64,000 bases of DNA, taken from assembly GCA_036785375.1 (NCBI GenBank), contig JAWMAR010000508.1, positions 1,054,001 to 1,118,000 of the forward strand. The letters run 5' to 3'. Origin of the DNA: Leucoraja ocellata (lineage: Eukaryota). The translations under genes and the position numbers were made by a program. Below the pieces are notes generated by a model. That model had not been told where the DNA came from, did no database searches, and saw only the letters and a program-made list of their open reading frames with translations. Of this stretch, positions 11,470 through 22,300 are shown piece by piece (the first letter of the stretch is position 1; each line of letters starts with the position of its first letter).

Positions 11470-12120
11470 GTAATCTGAGTGTTCGTTCCTTTGTTTGCTG
11501 TAAGTTCTGGTAATGCAAAGGCCCATACTGCTGGGAATGCAGCTACTGTTTGCAAATTACACTCGCTGTTTGCCTGATAGATGGCTAGAATTTGACTATC
11601 AGGTCATAGCTGGCTTAATTAAATATTGTTGTTTGCCCCTACGCAAAGTCACCAACATATTTACTGTTTTTGATAGTAAATTCTAGGTAATCAATTACCC
11701 TTGTAGGTGTCAATTTTGATTTAACTGGATGGATGAGGTAACCAAGTCTTTCAAACAGGGTTTTGGTTTGCTTCTGCCAATTCTTGGTGACTCCAAAATG
11801 AAAATGTCCTCCAAATATGCCATTACTATGTGGTTCTGAGACCTTTGTAGACCCAGAATTGGTTTCCGTAGTTTCGTCAATAGTCTAGGAGCTGATGTCA
11901 ACCCATGGGGCAGAGCCATGCCATCCAGTTAAACTTCAAATATCTCCTGTTCTTAGTGAATAGACACCGAATAGTATGCATCTTTGAGGTCGATGCATGC
12001 CACGTGACCATTTTATAGTAAGCTCCTACAAAACAGTAGTTAGACCGTAACAAAAAATTGCTGTTCTGAAAGTCTGTACTGCACAAATGAGTTAAACCTG
12101 GGTGAAGGTATTCCCTACCA
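11470..12120 (-). mobile_element. Degenerate DIRS1-type retrotransposon reverse transcriptase fragment
   Basis: IDLKDAYYSV...ALPHGLTSAPRLLTKLRKPILGLQRSQNHIVMAYLEDIFI resembles the DIRS RT motifs DLKDAY, LPFGLxSAPRxFTK and YLDD. Confidence 0.75.
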
Positions 12121-12123
12121 TTT

Positions 12124-12910
12124 ACATGGTTACATGGTAAATGGTAGGGAATTACATGGTAAATGGTCGGGAATTAAAGAATACAGTTGAACAGAGGGAT
12201 CTGGGAATAACCGTGCATAGTTCCTTGAAGGTGGAATCTCATATAGATAGGGTGGTAAAGAAAGCTTTTGGTATGCTAGCCTTTATAAATCAGAGCATTA
12301 AGTATAGAAGCTGGGATGTAATGTTAAAATTGTACAAGGCATTGGTGAGACCAAATCTGGAGTATGGTGTACAATTTTGGTCGCCCAATTATAGGAAGGA
12401 TGTCAACAAAATAGAGAGAGTACAGAGGAGATTTAATAGAATGTTGCCTGGGTTTCAACAACTAAGTTACAGAGAAAGGTTGAATAAGTTAGGTCTTTAT
12501 TCTCTGGAGCGCAGAAGGTTAAGGGGGGACTTGATCGAGGTCTTTAAAATGATGAGAGGGATAGACAGAGTTGATGTGGACAAGCTTTTCCCTTTGAGAA
12601 TAGGGAAGATTCAAACAAGAGGACATGACTTCAGAATTAAGGGACGGAAGTTTAGGGGTAACATGAGGGGGAACTTCTTTACTCAGAGAGTGGTAGCTGT
12701 GTGGAATGAGCTTCCAGTGGAAGTGGTGGAGGCAGGTTCATTAGTATCATTTAAAAATAAATTGGATAGGCATATGGATGAGAAGGTAATGGAGGGTTAT
12801 GGTATAAGTGCAGGCAGGTGGGACTAAGGGGAAACAGTTGTTCGGCACGGACTTGTAGGGCCGAGATGGCCTGTTTCCGTGCTGTAATTGTTATATGGTT
12901 ATATGGTTAT
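12124..12910 (+). mobile_element. CR1-B 3' fragment
   Basis: ORF 12141-12827 and ATATGGTT tail. Confidence 0.93.
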
Positions 12911-13466
12911 GAGTTCTCATGTACAGCACTTTGTGGCAACTGCAGTTGTTTAAAGTGCTTTATAAATAAAGTTATTATTATTATATGAAAGTCCTGCCAT
13001 CCCAGGAATCAGTCTGGTGAACCTTCTCTGTACTCCCTCTATGGCAAGAATGTCTTTCCTCAGATTAGGAGACCAAAACTGTACGCAATACTCCACGTGT
13101 GGTCTCACCAATACTCTGTACAACTGCAGTATAACATCCCTGCTCCTATACTCAAATCCTTTTGCTATGATCCTTTTGCCGCATCTGCAAAAACGACATA
13201 ATCTGGGAACAATCTCCGTGCTGTTACCATTCCTTCACTCCCACTGTCCCCACTCCGCATGGACCAAAACTCCAACCCCAATCTATCTCAGTCCACACTC
13301 CCATCTCCTCCCCATTCCTCCCACCATGGAGCAAAACTCTCTCCCACTCCCCACACTGACTATAGACCCAATCACCTCCCCACTCTCTCCTCACGGATCC
13401 AACCCCTTCCCACATGTCACAATAAACTAAAAAGTAACTAAACTCTCCCCCATCCCAGCATCGGAA

Positions 13467-13940
13467 TGTCAGGGCTTTCATATGAAGAAAGACTGGATAG
13501 ACTCGGCTTGTACTCGCTAGAATTTAGAAGATTGAGGGGGGATCTTATAAAAACTTACATAATTCTTAAGGGGTTGGACAGGCTAGATGCAGCAAGATTG
13601 TTCCTGATGTTGGGGAAGTCCAGAACAAGGAGCCACACAGTTTAAGGATAAGGGAGAAATATTTTAGGACGGAGATGAGAAAAACATTTTTCACACACAG
13701 AGAGTGGTGAATCTGTGGAATTCTCTGCCACAGAGGGTAGTTGAGGCCACAGTTCATTGACTATATTTAAGAGGGAGTTAGATGTGGCCCTTGTGGCTAA
13801 AGGGATCAGGGGATATGGAGAGAAAGCAGGTACAGGAATTCTGAGTTGGATGATCAGCCATGATCATATTGAATGGAGGTGCAGGCTCCAACGGCCGAAT
13901 GGCCTACTCCTGCACCTATTGTCTATGTTTCTATGTCTAT
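13467..13940 (+). mobile_element. CR1-A 3' fragment (a further minus-strand piece lies at 12985-13170)
   Basis: Family A 3' sequence and tail. Confidence 0.85.
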
Positions 13941-14299
13941 GGATGAGATAGAAACATCAGGTCCAGGATACTTGGGCAATCTGCCCTGCCCCTCTCCAAA
14001 CACAGTGGTAGCGGTGGGGAGGGGGGGGGGGGGGTTATGATTGTAGAGGGCCCTGATTTTAGGCTGACGCAGTGTGTACCTCCCCTCTTTCTCGTTCTGG
14101 TGAGTAAATGGCAGTGAAGACATTCGGACAGTTTCCAGATCATCCCGCACCTCATTTGTTGCGACAACACGCTGGCCAGACGATTACAGGGACTACGCCT
14201 ATGAAGATGACGGCAAGAACGATCAGGGCCACGATGCATTTCCAGGACCTTTCCGAGCCACGTACTGAGGGGTGGAGAAAGCAGTCAATGTGAGCCCAG

Positions 14300-15236
14300 C
14301 TCTGAGAAACAGACACGACAACATAACCTCAACTCCAGCCCAGACCGGGCGGTAGGCAGCGCGACAGGAGCGCCCTCTGCAGCCCGTCTGCGTTGTTATT
14401 ATTTTTTGACTATGTTTTTATGTAGTTTTTGTTATTTTTGTTGGTGTGTGTGTGTGGGGGGGGCGGGGGGGGGGGGTGGGTGGGAGGGAGGGGGTAACTT
14501 TTTAATCTCTCCCTGCACGGGAGACCCGACCTTTTCTTTATCGGGTCTCCGTTGTCATTGGGGCTGCAACGAGGAGCGGCCTCCAACAGGAAGACCGGGG
14601 GCTCTGGTGCCGACGACTCACCTCACCGTCGCGGAGCTGGCCGAGTCCGGAGCGGGTGGAGCGGTGGTGGAGCGCTGCTGCCGCTGCGGCCCGACCTCCG
14701 GAGATTCGGAGGTTGCAACTGCGGGTCTGGCGGACGGCGGCACCGGGAGCCCGCGGGTCCCTGGAGGGTGACCGCTTTTCAGGGCTCCCGCAACGGCGAC
14801 TTCTCCCGCCCGAGTTGCGGGGTCGAAGAGCTCCTGGAGCGGGGCCTTACAGCACCGCCCCGCGCGGCTTGGAATGGCTGCGGGACTCTGCGAGCGCACG
14901 CCGGGGCTCCAACGTCAAGACCCGGTGTGCGACCTTGCAGCACCCGGCGTGGCTTTAATGGCCGCGGGACAATCGCCATCGCCAGCCGGGGGCTTTGACT
15001 TTGACTCTGACATGGGCGGGGTGGGGGGGGGGGGGGGGGGGGGGGTAGAGTGCAGTGGAGAGATAATATTTTTTGGCCTTCCATCACAGCGATGTGATGG
15101 ATGTTTATGTAAATTATGTTGTGTCTTGGGTTTATTTGTTTTAATGTATGGATGCAGAAACGTCATTTCATTTGGACCTCAAGGGGTCCAAATGACAAAT
15201 AAATTGTATCTTGAATCTTGAATCTTGAATCTTGAA
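14300..15236 (+). mobile_element. GC-rich non-autonomous retroelement with (TCTTGAA)n tail; second copy at 36219-36630 (-)
   Basis: 14808-15205 matches the reverse complement of 36250-36630. It ends AATGACAAATAAATTG followed by a short tandem tail. Confidence 0.7.
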
Positions 15237-15334
15237 TAAGATATATGCGATGTATTAATGTGATTTACTGTACTGCTAATAAAAATAACATTAAAAAAGG
15301 GGCTTTAGGCACATTGGCCTTCATCAGTCAGAGT

Positions 15335-15848
15335 TGTAACGGGTATAGCTTGGACCCAATAGCAGCACAGAGTAGTAACACAGGAATGGGTACACTGTAG
15401 TCACACAGAGGCTCAGGATTGAGCGAGGGTTCCGAAGAGGGGCAGGCAGGAGTCGTAGTTGGGGTAGCGGAAGGTCTGGTAACCAGGAGATCCAACACAC
15501 GATGCAAACAAACCAGTGAGGGGCAGACGAAAGGACGGAATGGTCAGGGGCATGCAGGTTCGAATCCGTGTAGGCAGTCGAGGAAATCGCTGGAGAGTCT
15601 TGCATGAATGCTGAGACCAATCTGACACTGTGTGACCGGTGAGGAGAGTCTATATACCGGGTGCATTGGTGATCAGAGGCAACTGAGTGCAACAGGTGAG
15701 GAGAGTTGGGCTGATGAGAGGGGAGTGGCAGGTGAGGAGAAGTGCAGGCAGGTGAGGAGAAGTGCAGGCAGGTGAGGAGAAGGAGGGGCCGGTGGAAAAG
15801 TACTGGGAGGTGAAGCGGATGAGAATGAGGAGAGGGCAGACAGTGACA
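15335..15848 (-). mobile_element. Solo LTR (514 bp) inserted in an old CR1
   Basis: TGT...ACA termini, flanked by AGAGT/AGATT. The duplicate at 26638-27151 has a perfect 5-bp TSD. Confidence 0.8.
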
Positions 15849-16084
15849 AGATTATTGAGTCTAGAAGTTGGAAGGTCTCGTTGCAGTTGCATCAGATGGT
15901 GAGACCGCATTTAGAATAATGTGTTCAGTTCTGGGCACCGAATTATAAGAACTATATTGTCAAGCTTGAAAGGGTTCAGAGAAGATTTCCGAGGATGTTG
16001 CCAGGACTAGAGGGGGTGAGCTGTAGGGAGAGGTTGGGTAGGCTGGGTCTGTATTCCATGGAACGTGGGTGGATGAGGGGAGAT

Positions 16085-17515
16085 CTTGTGCTGGCCAAGC
16101 TGAGAAATATCACATTCCCCCTGCTGGATGCTCTACAGTTTTCATATCGGCAAATTCCTTGTATGTGATTACTTGGCCAATGAACTCATTCATTCATCCT
16201 GTACAGTTTGCATATCGGGCCAATAGATCTGTGGATGGTGCAGTCAACCTAGGCCTGCATTTCATCCTCTAGCACAAAGACCGCCAGGGGACCTATGTGA
16301 GGTTAATAATAACCATATAACCATATAACAATTACAGCACGGAAACAGGCCATTTCGGCCCTACAAGTCCGTGCCGAACAACTTTTTTTCCCCTTAGTCC
16401 CACCTGCCTGCACTCATACCATAACACTCCATTCCCTTCTAAACCATATACCTATCCAATTTATTTTTAAATGATACCAATGAACCTTCCTCCACCACTT
16501 CCACTGGAAGCTCATTCCACACCGCTACCACTCTCTGAGTAAAGAAGTTCCCCCTCATGTTACCCCAAAACTTCTGTCCCTTAATTCTGAAGTCATGTCC
16601 TCTTGTTTGAAACTTCCCTAATCTCAAAGAGAAAAGCTTGTCCACATCAACTCTGTCTATCCCTCTCATCATATTAAAGACGTCTATCAAGTCCCCCCTT
16701 AACCTTCTGCGCTCCAGAGAATAAATACCCAACTTATTCAACCTATCTCTGTAACTTAGTTGTTGAAACCCAGGCAACATTCTAGTAAATCTCCTCTGTA
16801 CTCTCTCTATTTTGTTGACATCCTTCCTATAATTGGGCGACTTGGTCTCACCAATGCCTTGTACAATTCTAACATTACATCCCAGCTTCTATACACAATG
16901 CTCTGATTTATAAAGGCCAGCACAGCAAAAGCTTTCTTTACCACCCTATCTATATGAAATTCCACCTTCAAGGAACTATGCACGGTTATTCCCAGATCCC
17001 TCTGTTCAACCGTATTCTTCAATTCCCTAGCATTTACCATGTACGTCCTATTTTCATTTGTCCTGCCAAGGTGTAGCACCTCACATTTATCAGCATTAAA
17101 CTCCATCTGCCATCTTTCAGCCCATTTTTCCAAATGGCCTAAATCACTCTGTAGACTTTGGAAATCCTCTTCATTATCCACAACACCCCCTATCTTGGTA
17201 TCATCTGCACATAATCAGATGCCACATCGCTGCCACATAATGTGTTTATTTCAGGTCTGCATTTAACACCATTGTGCCAGAGCTACTACACTCCAAACTT
17301 TCCGAGTTGACTGTGCCTGAACACCTCTGTCGGTGGATCACCAGCTTCCTGGCAGACAGGAAGCAGCATGTGAGGCTGGGAAAGCACATCTCGGACCAGC
17401 AAACACTCAGTACAGGAGTACCGCAAGGCAGCATACTCTCCCTCTCCTCAACCCTCTATACACCAACGACTGCACCTCCACTGACTGCTCTGTCAAGCTT
17501 CTCAAGTTTACGGAC
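16085..17515 (+). mobile_element. Rex1/Babar-type LINE RT fragments split by a CR1-B on the minus strand (16311-17210)
   Basis: QFAYRANRSVDGAV...SAFNTIVPELL...WITSFLADRKQ...STGVPQGSILS. The CR1-B has an AACCATAT tail at 16311. Confidence 0.8.
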
Positions 17516-17715
17516 NNNNNNNNNNNNNNNNNNNNNNNNNNNNNNNNNNNNNNNNNNNNNNNNNNNNNNNNNNNNNNNNNNNNNNNNNNNNNNNNNNNNN
17601 NNNNNNNNNNNNNNNNNNNNNNNNNNNNNNNNNNNNNNNNNNNNNNNNNNNNNNNNNNNNNNNNNNNNNNNNNNNNNNNNNNNNNNNNNNNNNNNNNNNN
17701 NNNNNNNNNNNNNNN

Positions 17716-18325
17716 CATCCAGGAATCAGTCTGGTGAACCTTCTTTGTACTCCCTCTATGGCAAGAATGTCTTTCCTCAGATTAGGAGACCAAAACTGTA
17801 CGCAATACTCCTGGTGTGGTCTCACCAAAACCTTGTACAACTGCAGTAGAACCTCCCTGCTCCTAGACTCAAATCCTCTATGGCAAGAATGCATTTCCTC
17901 AGATTAGGAGAACAAAACTGTACGCAATACTCCAGGTGTGGTCTCACCAAGACCCTGTACAACTGCAGTAGAACCTCCCTGCTCCTATACTCAAATCATC
18001 TATGGCAAGAAGGTATTTCCTCAGATTAGGAGACCAACACTGTACGCAATACTCCAGGTGTGGTCTCACCAAGACCCTGTACAACTGCAGTAAGAACCTC
18101 CCTGCTCCTAGACTCAAATCCTCTATGGCAAGAAGGTCTTTCCTCAGATTAGGAGACCAAAACTGTACGCAATACTCCAGGTGTGGTCTCACCAAGACCC
18201 TGTACAACTGCAGTAGACCCTCCCTGCTCCTATACTCTAATCCTCTATGGCAAGAAGGTCTTTCCTCAGATTCGGAGACCAAAACTGTACGCAATACTCC
18301 AGGTGTGGTCTCCCCAGTCTTTCTT
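17716..18325 (-). repeat. CR1-derived ~122-bp tandem repeat in GPCR-A intron 1 (similar arrays at 33660-34020 and 54190-54620)
   Basis: Four to five tandem copies of the [33 protein letters not shown]-coding segment. Confidence 0.85.
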
Positions 18326-18519
18326 CATATGAAACTTCATAGTGATAAACCTCTGATCCCCACAAACAGGCAGCATCAACACATTACCCATTACTCTGTC
18401 GAATATATCTTCAAGGGACACGTATGTCATGGATTGTCCTTGCTACAGACATTTATACCGGATCACCGTCACTGCCGCTTCTCACCTGCTGTTGCGCGGG
18501 AATTTGGACGGGGACTTAC

Positions 18520-18694
18520 CTGGAAGAGCAACAATGGCTAGCTCGGGATAAAGGACAGGTTGTATAAGTCTGAGTGCAGAGTAGATTCGTTGATTTAAGC
18601 TCAACCGTGGCATAATAATATAGTCAGCCCAATAGAAGACTCCCTTCTCCATGGCGGTAGGTTCCCAGTCTACCGTTTTCACAGACGGATCCAT
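18520..18694 (-). CDS. Orphan GPCR copy A, exon 1 (N-terminus and start of TM1); exon 2 not in assembled sequence
   Basis: MDPSVKTVDWEPTAMEKGVFYWADYIIMPRLSLNQRIYSALRLIQPVLYPELAIVALP, 175 nt with a phase-1 G|gtaagt donor, paralogous to copies B-D. The intron runs into the 200-N gap at 17516-17715. Confidence 0.8.
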
Positions 18695-19309
18695 GTGTGT
18701 AACACCGCACGCACTCTCTCACTGTTCCCCGATTACACTCTGTGACATTCTCTTCACTCTCTAATATTCCCGGATTCCGAAACATCCATCTAACATCCCA
18801 CTTTATTGTCCACAGATTCCCAATGGGTTTTCTCCCTCTGTGGATGGAGCTGCTGCTCTCTGTCTGTCTGTCTGTCTGTCTGTCGGTGACGGGCGGGATG
18901 ATCTCACCAACACTCTCATATCCCAGCAACAACAGGAATGGTTTATATTGGGAACTGGGAAATCTCCAGTGGGTGGGTGACACAACCGGGCTCCGTGTAG
19001 ACTGGCGTTAGTTACACACACTCACTGAACAAACATCTACTGTTAACTCTTTTGTGTCCGAGCACAAAGTGCCTCCCTCACGGAAAGGGCACCAGTCATC
19101 ATGGGTGATGATATCCAGTCTATATGTTCTGTCTAGTGGACAGTTGGTGCCGGGGGAGGGAGAAATCTACAGGCCTGGTAGAGTCTGCACCATCTCTCCG
19201 CAATCTCCATAATCATGAGCAGTCGCCTGAAATCGCAATGTTCAGTTTATTCGTTCCCAATGACGAGTGCATTTCGGGAATCTTCATTCATTTAATCTGA
19301 TATCTTCAA

Positions 19310-22300
19310 AGATAGAAACATAGAAACATAGGTGGAGGAGTAGAGGCCATTCGGCCCTTCGAGCCTGCACCATTCGCCATTCAATATGATCATGGCTGAT
19401 CATCCAACTCAGTATCCCATCCCTGCCTTCTCTCCATACCCCCTGATCTCTTTAGCCACAGGAGGCCACATCTAACTCCCTCTTAGATATAGTCAATGCA
19501 CTGTGTGGCCTCAACTACCTTATGTGGCAGAGAGTTCCACACATTCACCACTCTCTTTGTGAAAAATGATTTTCTCATCTCGGTCCTAATCCTTCCCCCT
19601 TATCCTTAAACTGTGTGTGGCCCCTTGTCTTGGACTTCCCCAACATCGGGAACAATCTTCCTGCATCTAGCCTGTCCAACCCCTTAAGAATTTTGTAAGT
19701 TTCTATAAGTATATCCTTAAAATGTGTGCCCCCTTGGTCTGGACTTCCCCAACATCGGGAACAATCTTCCTGCATCTAGCCTGTCCAACCTCTTAAGAAT
19801 TTTGTAAGTTTCTATAAGTATACCCTTAAACTGTGTGCCCCCTAGTTCTGGACTTCCCCAACATCGGGAACAATCTTCCTGCATCTAGCTTGTCCAACCC
19901 CTTAAGAATTTTGTACGTTTCTATAAGTATATCCTTAAACTGTGTGTGTGGCCCCTTGTTCTGGACTTCCCCAACAGTGGGAACAATCTTCCTGCATCTA
20001 GCCTGACCAACCCCTTAAGAATTTTGTACGTTTCTATAAGAGCCCCCCTCAATCTTCAAAATTTAAGCGAGTACAAGCCAAGTGTATCCAGTCTCTCTTC
20101 ATATGAAAGTCCTGCCATCCCAGGAATCAGTCTGGTGAACCTTCTCTGCACTCCCTCTATGGCAATAATGTCCTTCCTCAGATTCGGAGACCAAAACTGT
20201 ACGCAATACTCCAGTTGTGGTCTCACCAAGACCCTGTACAACTGCAGTAGAACCTCCCTGCTCCTATACGCGAATCCTTTTGGTATGAATGCTAACATAC
20301 CATTCGCTTTCTTCACTGCCTGCTGCACCTGCATGCCTACTTTCAATGACTGGTGTACCATGACACCCAGGTCTCGTTGCATCTCCCCATTTCCTAATCG
20401 GCCACCATTTAGATAATAGTCTACTTTCCTGTTTTTGCCACCAAAGTGGATAACCTCACATTTGTCCACATTAGACTGCATGGTCATCTCTGCTCCCCTC
20501 TCGACCCTCTGCAGAGCCTTCCTGTCTGAGCAGTTACAGTTTGAGTACCTGGTGTTAATACAGTATGTCAGTACAGACTCCACCGTGCCCTTGTAGAAAG
20601 TCCTGAGAGTGTTGGTGGAGAGTGAGACCTGTTTGAGTTCCTTCAGGTAGTGTAGACAGCGTCTGATTGGCCGCTGAGTGACCAACGCATTCTGTGATTG
20701 GACACAATGACCTTGGAGACAGCGGCTGATTGGACGGGAATCTTAAGGAAAGATGGTCGGTGATTGGACGCAACCCCCTTGGAGACAGCGGTCAATTGGT
20801 CATTTTCCCCATCATTTCAAAATAGTACTGTTCCAATTTTTCACACTTTTAACTTAAAAATCGGAACAAATACGATACAATTCGACTCTTTGGCAGGTAT
20901 TGGTTTAAAACAGCAAAGTAGGCTATTATCTAAATGGTGGCCGATTAGGAAAAGGGGAGATGCAACGAGACCTGGGTGTCATGGTACACCAGTCATTGAA
21001 AGTAGGCATGCAGGTACAGCAGGCAGTAAAGAAAGCGAATGGTATGTTAGCTTTCATTGCAAAAGGATTTGAGTCTAGGAGCAGGGAGGTTCTACTGCAG
21101 TTGTACAGGGTCTTGGTGAGACCACACCTGGAGTATTGCGTACAGTTTTGGTCTCCCAATCTGGGGAAAGACATTCTTGTTATAGAGGGAGTACAGAGAA
21201 GGTTCACCAGACTGATTCCTGGGATGTCGGGACTTTCATATGAAGATAGACTGGATAGACTCGGCTTGTACTCGCTAGAATTTAGGATATTGAGGGGGGG
21301 GATCTTATAGACACTTACAAAGTCTTAAGGCGTTGGACAGGCTAGATTCAGGAAGATTGATCCCGATGTTGGGGAAGTCCAGGACAAGGGGTCACAGTTT
21401 GAGGATAAGGGGGAAATCCTTTAGGACCGAGATGAGAAAAACATTTTTCACACAGAGAGTGGTGAATCTGTGGAACTCTCTGCTACAGAAGGTAGTTGAG
21501 GCCAGTTCATTGGCTATATTTAAGAGGGAGTTAGAAGTGGCCCTTGTGGCTAGATGGATCAGGGGGGATGGAGAGAAGGCAGGTACAGGTTACTGAGTTA
21601 GAAACATAGAAATATAGAAAATAGGTGCAGGAGTAGAGGCCATTCGGCCGTTTGAGCCTGCACCGCCATTCTATATGATCATGGCTAATTATCCAACTCA
21701 GTATCCCATCCCTGCCTTCTCTCCATACACCCCTGATCCCTTGAGCCACAAGGGCCACATCTAACTCCCTCTTAAATACAGCCAATGAACTGTGTGGCCA
21801 CAACTACCTTCTGTGGCAGAGAGTTCCACTGATTCACCACTCTCTGTGTGAAAAATGATTTTCTCATCTCGGTCCTAAAAGACTTCCCCCTTAACCATAT
21901 AACCATATAACCATATAACAATTACAGCACGGAAACAGGCCATCTCGGCCCTACAGGTCCATGCCGAACAATTTTTTCCCCTTAGTCCCACCTGCCTGCA
22001 CTCGTACCATAACCCTCCATTCTCTTCTCATCCATATGCCTATCCAATTGATTTTTAAATGATACCAAAGAACCTGCCTCCACCACTTCCACTGGGAGCT
22101 CATTCCACACCGCCACCACTCTCTGCGTAAAGAAGTTCCCCCTCATATTACCCCTAAACTTCTGACCCTTAATTCTGAAGTCATGACCTCTTGTTTGAAT
22201 CTTCCCTATTCTCAAAGGGAAAAGCTTGTCCACATCAACTCTGTCTATCCCTCTCATCATTTTAAAAACCTCTATCAGGCCCCCCTTAACCTTCTGCGCT

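Noticed and set aside
17716-18325. Regular repeats resembling a CRISPR array
   Set aside because: The units are contiguous CR1 pieces with no unique spacers, there are no cas genes, and the context is eukaryotic.
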